From an uncultured Methanosarcinales archaeon (GTDB lineage: Archaea; Nanobdellota; Nanobdellia; Woesearchaeales; GW2011-AR9), in the NCBI GenBank assembly GCA_964343575.1, contig CAYFJV010000001.1, positions 348,705 through 412,704 of the forward strand: a stretch of DNA of 64,000 bases. Reading direction: 5' to 3'. The notes under the pieces were generated by a model. The model saw only the letters and a list, made by a program, of their open reading frames with translations. It did not search any database and was not told the DNA's origin. Of the stretch, positions 48,110-58,843 are shown in pieces. How positions within the stretch are numbered: the first letter of the stretch is position 1; each line of letters opens with the position of its first letter. The translations under genes were made by a program, and so were the position numbers.

Positions 48110-50083
48110 CTATCTTCTCAAGAAGATCCAGGAGAACCACCTTACCCTTACCTTCTGCCCGGCAAGATAAATGTCAAGGACTTCAATTAAAGAGCGCTTG
48201 TCTTTTGCCTGTTGCATTGCTCGGTACAAACGCTTATCTCTGAAGACATCTTTGACCCAAATCGCAAATTCATTGTTTCTTCCAAGGATGTACTGGTTGT
48301 ACTCTTCATTTGACATGACACTCAACGCTTTTCTTAAGGTAGGCAAGTCTTTTACCAGGTTTGTGTTCTCTAAACGGAAGTGCTTATCCGTCGTAATGTG
48401 TGGACGCTTAAGCAAGTTTCTTTTTGTTAAGTCTAGAGAAAATCTTAGGAAAGAAATCCTTTGTAAGATAATCACCAGAATCAGTGCAACTACAGTATAG
48501 GCAAGTAAGATCCCAATCTCAAGACCTAAAGAAGCATAGTTTGCATGGAAAAGCATAGCTTTCTTAAGGCTCTCTGAAGCAAGAACATAAGGATTGAAAA
48601 GTAAGGCGGAACGTACAAATTGTGGAAAACTCTCAATCGGAAGGATTAAGTTAGAGAGAAAAGCAAATATTCCTCCTACTGAAATAAAGGCGATGGTTAT
48701 TCCTTCTTGTGTTTTGAAGAGGTGCCCAATGAGATATCCAAGCAGTATGAAAAAGGAAACTGAGAGGAGAAGAATCACGATACTTACATAATAATTAGCC
48801 AAGATAGGTATCTTAACAAAGTAAAAGACAGAGAGTAAAACTGCAGTAAGCTGCAGCGAAATAATACTAAAATTACAAAGGAATCTTGCAAGAAGATGAG
48901 TAAGTTCACTTGTCGGGGAAGTAAGGTTCCTAAAATAAGCAAGAGACTCTTTTTCCATTACCACCAAGTTACTTGAGAGCATCATCCCTACAAAAAGGAC
49001 TAAAAGCATGAGATAGTAAGGGAAAATGAACAAAGATCTGTTATCATTTGAGAGAACCTCATTCACTTCTACCTCAAAATGGTTTTCCACGTCTTCGCCA
49101 CTCAGGGCCAAAATTGTTGTTGCCTGTTCATTAATATTAAGAAGTGCCTCTTCAACCACACCAATACTTACTCGCACATCTGCAATTTTTGTTTCAATTT
49201 GAGCTGAAGAATCCTGGATGCCAACTAATTCATCACTAGCGCTAGCGATTTCTGTTTCCAAACTTGCTAGAGTCGTCTCAAGAGAAGTTAAGGAATCTGT
49301 CAAATTACTGTTACTTGTTTCAAAGATGGCATCAAGAGCATCGTATTCATCTTGAAGATCAGGAGAAGTATCAAGCTCTTTGCTCACCGCAGTAAGAAGC
49401 TCAGCAGTTTTTACTTCAAGATCTACACTTGCAAGACTGATAGCGTCAACATTTTCATTGGTTGTGGTGAAGTCACTTACAGAAGAGAGTTCTTCAGCTG
49501 CATCACTGGCACTTATTGAAGAAGCTTGGGTTTCTACCGTAAGCACGTTTGGGTTCACTGTTTCAGCAACTTGCAAACTTGCAGTATCCTGCTCTTCTAG
49601 AATTGTTGTTGCGCCTTCTCCAATGGAAAGAAGAATTCCTTCGGTCTTAGAGAGCGTGATTTCTTGAGAGGTGGTCCCAATGTTAGTGGAAATTGCATGG
49701 ATAAGCGATTCGGCGATGTTTATTCGAGACTGATCTATGTAAAACTTAACGGTTTTAGCATCTCCTCCTTCCGCGGAGAAATCTGCAGGAAAGTTAAGAC
49801 AAAGGTTAATTACTCCCAGTTTAACATCATTGATACAAAGATCAATATCAGTGTAGGTCAGCGCCGTGTACTCTGCAGGATCTAACTGCCCGATGAAGTT
49901 GTTAGCAACCTCCCCAGTGTCTTGATTTACAATTCCCACAGAGATTGCATAATCTGCTGGGAAGGAAAAGGTAAGGAGGATCAAAGAAATAATCAGAAGA
50001 GGCCCAACGAAGACTACGAATGCAGAAGAGCGGGACCTAAAAAGTAAACGAAAGTTCTTGTGAAGGATGGTAAATAATTTCAT
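48110..50083 (-). CDS. ABC-2 type permease with large extracellular coiled coil (YhgE/Pip-like) and cytoplasmic C-terminal domain
   Basis: N-terminal TM, acidic helical ectodomain, EKE...R..TSP, FLSNLILPIE.FP. Confidence 0.8.
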   Translation of the reverse strand: MKLFTILHKNFRLLFRSRSSAFVVFVGPLLIISLILLTFSFPADYAISVGIVNQDTGEVANNFIGQLDPAEYTALTYTDIDLCINDVKLGVINLCLNFPADFSAEGGDAKTVKFYIDQSRINIAESLIHAISTNIGTTSQEITLSKTEGILLSIGEGATTILEEQDTASLQVAETVNPNVLTVETQASSISASDAAEELSSVSDFTTTNENVDAISLASVDLEVKTAELLTAVSKELDTSPDLQDEYDALDAIFETSNSNLTDSLTSLETTLASLETEIASASDELVGIQDSSAQIETKIADVRVSIGVVEEALLNINEQATTILALSGEDVENHFEVEVNEVLSNDNRSLFIFPYYLMLLVLFVGMMLSSNLVVMEKESLAYFRNLTSPTSELTHLLARFLCNFSIISLQLTAVLLSVFYFVKIPILANYYVSIVILLLSVSFFILLGYLIGHLFKTQEGITIAFISVGGIFAFLSNLILPIESFPQFVRSALLFNPYVLASESLKKAMLFHANYASLGLEIGILLAYTVVALILVIILQRISFLRFSLDLTKRNLLKRPHITTDKHFRLENTNLVKDLPTLRKALSVMSNEEYNQYILGRNNEFAIWVKDVFRDKRLYRAMQQAKDKRSLIEVLDIYLAGQKVRVRWFSWIFLRR

Positions 50084-50178
50084 TTTTATGTTTCTCCTGA
50101 TTCAATTTTAATCGAATTTTAAGTCAGTTCTTATTTAATCTTTTAATCTTCTAATCTTCTTTTTCAGTCGAGCGTGCA

Positions 50179-51327
50179 CTAGTGCTCTTCAGAGTGCTTC
50201 TTACGCCTTCTTATTTTTCTCTCTCGCTCTTTAGCTTTTCTTTTTGACTTGCTGTGAGATTTACTGTGTTTCTTCTTTCCTTTGTGCGGACCCTTGCTCT
50301 CTTGAGAAGTTCCTTTGGAATCGGTTTTTGCCTTTGCTTTTGTTCCCTTATCTATCTCGATGAAGATTTTATCGAGAGTTGGTTTTCTAAACTCAATGTC
50401 GATGACGTCCTCTTTGAGTTTCTCTAGAAGCACGATAAGATCACGAATTACTTCAGAAGTGTTCACTGCATCAATAATGAGCATCTCATCTTCAACACGG
50501 TGACTCTGTACATGTTTAAGAGTCTCTTTCTTAAGCTTCTTCATTACTTTACTGTAATTCCCAGGAGAGGTTCTCAAGTAGATACTCTCCTCAATAACAT
50601 TCTTCGATTTAATCTCATCAGGTCTTCCAAGAGCAGCGATATTTCCGTCCTTGAAGATAACAATTCTATCACAAAGATGTTCTAACTCAATCACGTGATG
50701 GCTTGCCAGAATAATGGTTGTTCCTTTCTGATTGATAATTCTCAAGATATTCCAAATCTTGTTGCTTAGTACTGGATCCAAATCCGCTGTTGGCTCGTCA
50801 AGGATAAGAAGTTTAGGATCATGAATCAAAGAGCAAGCAATATCCAGCCTTCGCTTCATCCCTCCCGACATATTCTTGGCGATGACGTTCTTTGCTTGAC
50901 TCAGATCAACGAGCTTAAGAAGGTTCTCGGCGTGCACGCGCAGAGAGTCTCTTGGGATATTGTAAAGAGCTCCGAAATAAAGAAGATTCTCCCAAGCAGT
51001 AAGACTGGGATAAAAACTTGGGTTTTGAGCGGCAAAGCCATAAATGTGTTTGAAATTTTTACTCTGCTTAGTTACCTTCCTGAAAGAAGCTCCAGCGTTC
51101 AGATTCATTAAGTGCATATCCCTGAAAAGGATCTCGCCTCGGTCAGGCTGCACAAGACCTATGAGCATATTAAGAAAAGTGGTTTTTCCTGTTCCACTTC
51201 GAGCAACAACTCCCAGAATTTCTCCAGAATGAATGTTAAAACTCATGTTGTTAAAAACGTAATGGTTCCCGTAAACCTTAGTCAGATTTTTTATGCGGAA
51301 AAGATCTACATTCCGAGAGCTAGCCAT
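50179..51327 (-). CDS. ABC transporter ATP-binding protein with basic tail
   Basis: SGTGKTT, MSGGMKRR, LILDEPT, SHH. Confidence 0.93.
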   Translation of the reverse strand: MASSRNVDLFRIKNLTKVYGNHYVFNNMSFNIHSGEILGVVARSGTGKTTFLNMLIGLVQPDRGEILFRDMHLMNLNAGASFRKVTKQSKNFKHIYGFAAQNPSFYPSLTAWENLLYFGALYNIPRDSLRVHAENLLKLVDLSQAKNVIAKNMSGGMKRRLDIACSLIHDPKLLILDEPTADLDPVLSNKIWNILRIINQKGTTIILASHHVIELEHLCDRIVIFKDGNIAALGRPDEIKSKNVIEESIYLRTSPGNYSKVMKKLKKETLKHVQSHRVEDEMLIIDAVNTSEVIRDLIVLLEKLKEDVIDIEFRKPTLDKIFIEIDKGTKAKAKTDSKGTSQESKGPHKGKKKHSKSHSKSKRKAKERERKIRRRKKHSEEH

Positions 51328-51491
51328 ACCTTAAACCTTGGAAAAATCCTTTTTAAACTTAGTTGACTACTCTTAAGTGAATCGCGAAGAGAAAGCAAAC
51401 AATTCTAGAATCATTTCATGGAGACAAAGTGGCGAGAGAAGAAAAGGAGAAAAAGGAGAATAAAAAGAAAAAAAAGGAAAGTTATTCCTTT

Positions 51492-54400
51492 CTAAAAGTA
51501 GTTGTCTCTTCTTCTTCTGATTATGAAGAAGCTAGCCACCACCACGACCGCGATTGCGGCAGTAGTTATAGCGAGGACATCAACCAGAGGGAACTTAGCT
51601 GAACCGTCTCCCGTTGCAGCTCCTGCTAGAGCAGCAGCTCCTGCATCAACACTTTCATCGCTACTTTCCCCTTCGGCTTCAGTCTCAACGACTTCCTCAA
51701 CCACTTCTTCTGTAGTCTCTTCTACAGTTTCTGTAGAGGCAGACTGTTCCGCCTCATCCTCACTTTCAGTGGTCTCAGTTGTTGTAGTGGTGCTGGAGCT
51801 TCCTCCGCCACCACCGCCGCCACCGCCAGTGGAGCTACTGGAACTACTACTTGAGCCATCATCACCGTCAGGTATACCATAGAAGGAGAACCCAAGAGTT
51901 TGAGGATCAATAGACCAAGTTGAGGCATTCTCACTCTCTTCAATCTTGGTAGCATTTCCGGTCACATTTTGCCCAGTGAAATCACTTTCATTCTGGAAGT
52001 GATAGAGATCAGAACCATTGAAAGGGACAGTAATGTGAATATTCTCACAACCAAAATCAGACTGGAACTTATTCTTAAACTCATCAGTTGGCATCCCCAC
52101 TAAACCTTGTTCTGCGCTTTCATTCACATCCAGATTACTGGAATTGAAACTCACTGAGCTTGGGAATGTTCCGTTGATACACTCTATGCTCCAATTCACT
52201 GATGAGTTCGGGTTACTGAACTTCACATTCACAAGACCTGTGTTGTTAAGCGTTTCTTTGGTACTCGCATCTCCTGCCTCTTTACTGTAGTCATAATCTC
52301 CATCACCCTCAAGGTCATACTCTACCAAAAGGTTTCCTAAAGGATCGGTCGCATCCCCTTGTGCTTCGAAATCAAGGTCGTCGAAGTAAGTCTCACACTT
52401 CTTACCACAATCATCGTAGCTTGCAGGAGTTGTGAAGTTACCACAAGCACTTTGTAGACAGTTACCACAAACATCACATAGCTGGTATTTGTAGTAATAA
52501 CTTGTGTTTCCTTCCAAATCATAGCCAATCGCATCCGGGTTGAAAGCGAAGTTATCCACAGGAAGATCGTGCCATGGTTTGAAAGCAGTGTCTTCAATTG
52601 TTGTGTTTAGAGTAGTACAACTGCTGTCATTGAAGTAAAACTGCAAGCTTGCGTTCGACGGTTCGAAAGAATCTGCCAAGACAAGTGCGCCATCAGGCAT
52701 GGCCTCCACCTTGGAAAAGGCAAGAGTTGGTGCAGTCGTATCAGTTGGATCACAACTCAACCCAGCAGACGAGGAATCCGGACAAGCAAGGAAATCATAC
52801 TTACAGATGGGATCGTCGCAGTCAGTGTTTCCATCGAAGTTATCATCAACACCGTTGAAACAGTCCTCAAAAGGTACAAAACCGTACTTGTTGAAAAGCT
52901 CACAATCTGGATCCTCTGAAGGAAGGCATCCGTCACCGTCAAGGTCAACTAAACCAGAACAATCCTCTGGATAGAAGTCTACACTTCCTTGTTGATAAAA
53001 TCCAGGCCCCACTGAATCTACCGGAGAGCTTTCATTTCCAGTCTCATTACTTGCTGTTGCATAGATACGCATGGAAACGGAGACATTAAAGCTATCGTAG
53101 GATTGAATGTTCTCTTTATCAATCGCTAAGATTGGTCCACCGGCCTCAGCACAAGCAGCCTCGTCCCAGACATTTACTGCGATAGGTGCTACTGCCCAGG
53201 AACTGTTGCTACAACTGTAAGCAAGAGTTGTTGTTGTTACGGCACTTCCATCCCAACTTGCTTCGTGTTTGAACTTAAACTCAAAACCAGTCATACTACT
53301 ATTATCATCCGCAGCACAAGAGTTGCTATCAGTGCCATCTGTGTCAAGATATGTGTAGAAAGATGTTGTGTTCTCTCCCGTTCCACTACCCCCGCCAAGC
53401 AAGTTTTTTCCGTTACAAAGAGCAGAACTATCAAAGCCGCGCACAGTAACACCAACACCATAGGAGTTGTCCATGTCTTTTACTCCCAGACTACAAATGT
53501 CTCCCTGTTCCACCAGAGATGCATCATCTCCAGAGCCGCAATCATCAAAAGCAATATCTGCAGGGGGTCCAGCAACCATTCCAGTGAACATCTCAAACAT
53601 GAAGTCATCATAACAAGCTCCAAACTCAGCATCCCAAGTACATTTGTCTACTGCCTCACAATTTGTTTGGTTACCATCATGTTGGAAGCAACCACCACCA
53701 ACAAAGTTTTCTGGTTCACAAAAACCAGCAATGGAATCACAGGTGGCATCAGCAGCACACTGAGTACTGTTTAGAGCGTGACAGCCAGAGTCGCAATACC
53801 CGCCTCCTGGCATGTGTGAGTCATTAAACCAAGTACAGTAGCTATCACTCAAACAACCAGATTCATTGCCCCAATAAGTGTCCCAACAAGAGAAGGGTTT
53901 TGCATCACAGAAACCTCCAAAGCCTCCCCCATGGTCAACCCAGGAACAGTTCCCATTAGCAGTACAAGAAGTTTCATTCTGTGCATCCCAACAGCCACTG
54001 TAATAACTGGTGTTTACGCTACAGATGGTATCTGCCCCACCAAAGAAAGTGTCTACCCAAGCGCAACCTTCGGCACCAACACTCCCATTTGCACCACAAG
54101 CTGCTTGGTCGTCATCATAAGCCCAACAGTTAGCACCAAGCACATCACAAAAACTTTGGTTGGAGAAAGGATCTGTTATCCAAGCACAACTGGAGCTCGC
54201 ATTACAAGCAGTTTCGTTACTGCTGTACTGGAAGCAGTTCTCTCCTGAACCACCACCACAAAAAGGATCACCCATACAACCAGAATCTGCACAGTCAATC
54301 ATATTATCGTTATCGTTGTCAACTCCATCAAAGCAAATTTCTGAAGAACCAGATTGGCCCGAAGCAGTTTTACAAAAGAAAAGGTTACTGTCCCACTCAC

Positions 54401-55823
54401 AACTTGTCCCATTATTCAAACAAGCATCTTCTGAAGTACAGACACCACAACTTTGGCTACAGGTTTTTGTGTTTGCTCCAACACAAGAGCCAAATCCTGA
54501 GAAGTCGTCAATTTGCCACTTACAGTCTGAATCTGCCCCACAGGAAGTTTCAGGGTCAGTATAGTAATTATAGGATTCACAAGTAGTTTTTACCCCACAA
54601 GAGGCAGTTTTAAGCTCGTTAGGTTTCTCACAGAAACCAAGTCCATTTGGAGCATTGCTCTCAGTGTGCCACTGGCAGTAACCTAGCTGAGATCCTTCAC
54701 AAGCAGATTGCGCTGCAGCTGCGCTGCCCCAAGCAGAACCATCACCTTGATACTCACAAGCCCAACATGCACTCTCACAACTTTCTGCACTTACTCCGAA
54801 CTGCATTTCGCACCAAGAATCTTGGTGGCTGATGCCAGTAAGATCCACCCAGACTTCAGACTTCCAGGTTCCGCCTGCCGCCTCACAGCTAGATTTTGAA
54901 CTGATGTCTTCGAAGTGAGCAGATTCGTCTGAGAAAAATTGGTCGCCATTAAATCCACAACGATCATCTGTTGTGCTCTCAGTGCTTTGGTTCAACCAAG
55001 CACAAGGCATGTACCAAGGACTTCCAGCAAGCTCATCACACATAGTCTCGTTACTGATTGCGTTGTAATCTTCACAAAAATTTCCTCCTGCAGGAGGGGC
55101 TTGCATATTGTCCCAACAGCTTGTTGAAAAAGTAGCATTACAGGTTCCTTCGTTCCATGCGCAACAGCTGTCCATGAAAGGAACGGAATTACAAAAAGTA
55201 GAGTCATTGATACTTCCACAGGAAACGCCCCCCGTTGCTCCAGTACAGGAACTTGTCCCAGAATCCCAAGAACAACCGGTCACATTTGTACAAAAGTCTT
55301 CGGTGCTAAACATAAAACAACCGACACCGTCCCCTCCAAAGGACATTCCAGTTGGCTCGGAACAATCAGTACCATTCCATTCACAGAAGAAGGAATCGAA
55401 ACAAGCAGTAGAAGTGTTGAAATCGCTACAAACAGGGATTGGCGGGTCACAAAGGCTAAAGGTTGAGTCCCACTGACATTCAAGACCAACGCTGTTATTC
55501 ACACAACTGTCTGCATTAGTCCCATCATACTGGTAACAGCTAATTTCACTACAAAAGCTAGTTGCATTACTCCAAGAACAACCTAAACCTGAATTGGTTG
55601 CGTTATCACAAGTTGTCTCGCTAGTGTAATCCCAACAACCCACTGGATCACAAAGACCAAAGCTCCCATGTTGTTCCCACTCACAAACGTCCGCTGCAAC
55701 CCCAGTTGTACAACCCGTCTCGTTTCCATCGAACTGATAACAATCAAATAAGGCTAAACCTCCAGCAGAAAGTAAAATGATAAATAAAGATAAAGAGAAT
55801 ACAAACAGTAATTTTTTTTCCAT
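51492..55823 (-). CDS. Giant cysteine-rich cell-surface protein
   Basis: Signal peptide; many C...C...CxW...C repeats; CFDGVDNDxD...DC.D..C motifs; S/G/T/E linker; C-terminal TM followed by RRRR. Confidence 0.85.
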   Translation of the reverse strand: MEKKLLFVFSLSLFIILLSAGGLALFDCYQFDGNETGCTTGVAADVCEWEQHGSFGLCDPVGCWDYTSETTCDNATNSGLGCSWSNATSFCSEISCYQYDGTNADSCVNNSVGLECQWDSTFSLCDPPIPVCSDFNTSTACFDSFFCEWNGTDCSEPTGMSFGGDGVGCFMFSTEDFCTNVTGCSWDSGTSSCTGATGGVSCGSINDSTFCNSVPFMDSCCAWNEGTCNATFSTSCWDNMQAPPAGGNFCEDYNAISNETMCDELAGSPWYMPCAWLNQSTESTTDDRCGFNGDQFFSDESAHFEDISSKSSCEAAGGTWKSEVWVDLTGISHQDSWCEMQFGVSAESCESACWACEYQGDGSAWGSAAAAQSACEGSQLGYCQWHTESNAPNGLGFCEKPNELKTASCGVKTTCESYNYYTDPETSCGADSDCKWQIDDFSGFGSCVGANTKTCSQSCGVCTSEDACLNNGTSCEWDSNLFFCKTASGQSGSSEICFDGVDNDNDNMIDCADSGCMGDPFCGGGSGENCFQYSSNETACNASSSCAWITDPFSNQSFCDVLGANCWAYDDDQAACGANGSVGAEGCAWVDTFFGGADTICSVNTSYYSGCWDAQNETSCTANGNCSWVDHGGGFGGFCDAKPFSCWDTYWGNESGCLSDSYCTWFNDSHMPGGGYCDSGCHALNSTQCAADATCDSIAGFCEPENFVGGGCFQHDGNQTNCEAVDKCTWDAEFGACYDDFMFEMFTGMVAGPPADIAFDDCGSGDDASLVEQGDICSLGVKDMDNSYGVGVTVRGFDSSALCNGKNLLGGGSGTGENTTSFYTYLDTDGTDSNSCAADDNSSMTGFEFKFKHEASWDGSAVTTTTLAYSCSNSSWAVAPIAVNVWDEAACAEAGGPILAIDKENIQSYDSFNVSVSMRIYATASNETGNESSPVDSVGPGFYQQGSVDFYPEDCSGLVDLDGDGCLPSEDPDCELFNKYGFVPFEDCFNGVDDNFDGNTDCDDPICKYDFLACPDSSSAGLSCDPTDTTAPTLAFSKVEAMPDGALVLADSFEPSNASLQFYFNDSSCTTLNTTIEDTAFKPWHDLPVDNFAFNPDAIGYDLEGNTSYYYKYQLCDVCGNCLQSACGNFTTPASYDDCGKKCETYFDDLDFEAQGDATDPLGNLLVEYDLEGDGDYDYSKEAGDASTKETLNNTGLVNVKFSNPNSSVNWSIECINGTFPSSVSFNSSNLDVNESAEQGLVGMPTDEFKNKFQSDFGCENIHITVPFNGSDLYHFQNESDFTGQNVTGNATKIEESENASTWSIDPQTLGFSFYGIPDGDDGSSSSSSSSTGGGGGGGGGSSSTTTTTETTESEDEAEQSASTETVEETTEEVVEEVVETEAEGESSDESVDAGAAALAGAATGDGSAKFPLVDVLAITTAAIAVVVVASFFIIRRRRDNYF

Positions 55824-56173
55824 CAAACAACACACCCCTTTTTACCAAAGCTTGAGAGCTCCAGCTCAAACAACACAACAATGTTAAAAGAAAGTCACCC
55901 ATCACCAAACCTTCTTTTGAGGCTCAAAGAAGTATTTCTTCTATTTAATAGTTTCTTTTTCTAGAACAAAGTTCTATCCTCTTGAATTTTTTACAATTAT
56001 CATAAAACACATTACAATGAGTAGAGGTTATGTGCAATTTTTTCTTACTCAGATCACAAGAGTTCAAGAACAGGGAAGTTCTTTTGTTTTTTTGAAAATA
56101 AAAAACTTCACCAACACTAAAGGGAAGAGCAGGCGGAAGAAAGATTAAAAAAGTTAAGAAAAAGTGTTTTGTC

Positions 56174-57385
56174 ATGCTTTCCCTAATTGATCTTCCTTTA
56201 CAACATCATACTGTTTTGCTTCGTGTTGATTTCAATGTCCCCTTGCATGGGAGGAAAATCTTAGATGAAAGTAGGATCAAGGCAAGCGTTGCAAGTATTT
56301 CTTATCTTCTCAAACAAGGATGTACGGTAGTTTTAATAAGCCATTTTGGAAGGCCAAAAGGAAGAGAAAAGAGATACAGTTTATCTCAAGTTCTTCCTTT
56401 GCTGAAAAAATATTTTCCAAAGGAAAACATTACTTTTCTTAAGGATTGTATTGGAGAAAGAGTAAGGGAAAGAATACTTGCTGCAAAAGAGAGAGAAATT
56501 TTTCTCTTAGAAAATCTTCGCTTTTATGATGAAGAAGTACAGAACAGTGCTGCCTTTGCCCACAGCCTTGCAAGCCTAGCTGACTTTTATGTTAATGATG
56601 CCTTCTCTGTTTCTCATAGAAAACATGCTTCTCTTGATGCTATCACCAACTTTCTTCCAAGCGCAGCAGGGTTCTCTTTAGAGACAGAACTCTTAAATCT
56701 GAAAAAAGCACTTCAGGCAAAAAAGCCAAGAGTATGGATCCTGGGAGGAGCAAAGTTACAAAAGTTGCTTCTTCTTAACAAGGCACTAGAGCATGCAGAT
56801 AAGGTTCTGGTTGGAGGGAAAGTTGCGCTTGCATTCCTACGAGCGAAAGGCTATTCTGTGGGACAATCTCCCTTAGATCAGAAATCGATACTTCGAGCAA
56901 AAAAAATACTCAAAGATAAGAGAGCAAAAAAATTGGTGCTTCCAATAGACTTTCTTTGCGCCAGAAAGCTTGAGCAAAAGCGTGGTATGCTGGACGTACC
57001 TTTCGATGAGATTCCTCTTCAACAATTAGCTCTTGATATTGGACCAAAAACAGCCGGTCTTTTTGAGTACCATATCAGAAGCTCTGGTTCAGTGCTTTGG
57101 AATGGCCCCTTAGGTTATGCTGAGAACCCCTTGTTTACACAAGGGAGTAAAAGAGTTGCAAAGACCATTGCAAAACAACAAGGAAGGCTGTTTAGTCTTG
57201 CAGGAGGGGGTGAGACAAGTATGTTTTTGCACAGTTTAAAGTTGAGAGAGAAGTTCTCTTACGTTTCGCTTGGCGGTGGAGCAAGCCTAAGCTTTCTTTC
57301 AGGGGAAAAACTTCCTGCCCTTATGGCTTTGGAAAAAAGTGAGAGAAGGTGGAAGAGAAAGGAAAGAAAGCGAACATTCTTTTAG
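56174..57385 (+). CDS. pgk: Phosphoglycerate kinase
   Basis: RVDFNVP, SHFGRP, ENLRF, NDAF...HR, GGAK, WNGPLG, GGGAS. Confidence 0.93.
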   Translation: MLSLIDLPLQHHTVLLRVDFNVPLHGRKILDESRIKASVASISYLLKQGCTVVLISHFGRPKGREKRYSLSQVLPLLKKYFPKENITFLKDCIGERVRERILAAKEREIFLLENLRFYDEEVQNSAAFAHSLASLADFYVNDAFSVSHRKHASLDAITNFLPSAAGFSLETELLNLKKALQAKKPRVWILGGAKLQKLLLLNKALEHADKVLVGGKVALAFLRAKGYSVGQSPLDQKSILRAKKILKDKRAKKLVLPIDFLCARKLEQKRGMLDVPFDEIPLQQLALDIGPKTAGLFEYHIRSSGSVLWNGPLGYAENPLFTQGSKRVAKTIAKQQGRLFSLAGGGETSMFLHSLKLREKFSYVSLGGGASLSFLSGEKLPALMALEKSERRWKRKERKRTFF

Positions 57386-57427
57386 TGGACTTGAAAAGGT
57401 CTGTTTTGATATAGCCTTATTGCCCAA

Positions 57428-58774
57428 CTAGGGGTTTTTTGTTTCTAAAGTAGTTATCTCTTCAACCCCTACATTCTCTAAAGAGTCCTGGACCTGGTTT
57501 GAGAAAAAAGAGACCTGTACCGCTTGGGAAAAATCCCTTTCACAAATTTCTTGGAACTGTTGCCTTTTTTGTTCCAGTTGCTCCTTCTCCTTGCTAAGAC
57601 TCTCAAAAAGTTGTTTGAGTTGATCTTTTGTCTGCTTCTCCCCTTCCTGAAAATGTGCCAAACGATAATGAAGGTCTTCTTGTTGCTCACTTGCCCTATT
57701 TTTCTCTTTTTCTAGAGGAAGAAGCTCTAGTTTTCCCTTGATATTTTCTCTTTGAGAGAGAAGATTCATAAACAAACCATTGTTTGCTCGATTAAGCTCT
57801 TTAAAGAGAGAAGAAAATGTTCCTGAAGAATTATTCTCTAAAATATTTCCTGCAATGATGTTCTTATCCACACGCCCTAAGCTGTCAAGGAGTAGATTTA
57901 GATTTTCTCCTCTCAGATTTTCAACTTTTTCTTGAGAAGTGTCAATTACCCTTAAGGCATCTGAAAAGGAAAAACTAGGGTTTAAATCAGATAGTTCGTG
58001 AATTGAAGATTTCACTCTTGAAAGAAAAACGAATATTTCATCCTCAGTCTCTTCGAGTTCTTTCCTTAACTTTTTCTCTTCTTCTCCCAGATGCAATAGG
58101 GAGCGATACTCAGGAGAGTCTTTCAGGCGAAGAAGAGCATTATTTTTTTCTTCTTTCTGATTTCGTACCTTCTTGAGGCGTTGCTCTTGGAATTCTTTTG
58201 CTCCCTGTAACTCATCTATTCTTAGGAGTTTCTCTTGCATCTTTCTTGAAAGATCAACTAATTGAAGATAAGGCGCCAGTTTCTTCCCTCGAAGTTGCTC
58301 AAGAAAGGAATCGTTCTCTTTTTTTATCTCCAAAATAAGAGAAGAAAGAGCTTCGAATTCCTTACTTGGGATCTTGTTTTCTTCTCTTTGGTCGTTTTCT
58401 CTCTGGAAGGAGAGAAACTCAACTGAAACATCTCCCAGTGTTTTTTCTAGCTCACCCAATTTGGGAAAAAGTTGTTCCAGGGAAGTTATTCCCATCCTGG
58501 AAAGAAAAGCTAGAAGGGCCCTTGTCTTCTCAATTCTTGAAGTTGCTTGCTTTGCCGAAAGTACTTCCAATTCTTCTCTTAATTGATTGAGAATTACTCT
58601 CAAAAGCTCTTCCTTCTCTTTGATCTTTTTAAGAAACTCTTCTTGGAGTGGCTTTATTTCTCCTTGGAGCACTTTTTGCTCCCTTTCTAACCAATTGTCA
58701 AGCTCAGGGAGCGAAAGTATCTTTTTTTCTGTTTCACTTCGTAATAAAGAATTAACCTTCCTCAAAAAACCCAT
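57428..58774 (-). CDS. Long coiled-coil hypothetical protein
   Basis: E/K/L/Q-rich heptads; no Walker motif. Confidence 0.65.
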   Translation of the reverse strand: MGFLRKVNSLLRSETEKKILSLPELDNWLEREQKVLQGEIKPLQEEFLKKIKEKEELLRVILNQLREELEVLSAKQATSRIEKTRALLAFLSRMGITSLEQLFPKLGELEKTLGDVSVEFLSFQRENDQREENKIPSKEFEALSSLILEIKKENDSFLEQLRGKKLAPYLQLVDLSRKMQEKLLRIDELQGAKEFQEQRLKKVRNQKEEKNNALLRLKDSPEYRSLLHLGEEEKKLRKELEETEDEIFVFLSRVKSSIHELSDLNPSFSFSDALRVIDTSQEKVENLRGENLNLLLDSLGRVDKNIIAGNILENNSSGTFSSLFKELNRANNGLFMNLLSQRENIKGKLELLPLEKEKNRASEQQEDLHYRLAHFQEGEKQTKDQLKQLFESLSKEKEQLEQKRQQFQEICERDFSQAVQVSFFSNQVQDSLENVGVEEITTLETKNP

Positions 58775-58843
58775 CTCTTTCACCCCAATGAATATATGGA
58801 TAAAGTAACTAAACAAAGTAACAGATAAACTGTTCCAAACTAG

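Noticed and set aside
51502..55489. Numerous plus-strand and alternate-frame ORFs within the surface protein gene
   Set aside because: Antisense shadows of a long coding sequence; no independent motifs.
56174..57385. PGK as a pseudoenzyme (GGGET, GGAKLQK variants)
   Set aside because: Substrate-binding and hinge motifs are intact; the changes are conservative.
57428..58774. Rad50/SMC partner for the lone mre11
   Set aside because: Coiled coil only; no Walker A/B, signature or zinc-hook motifs.
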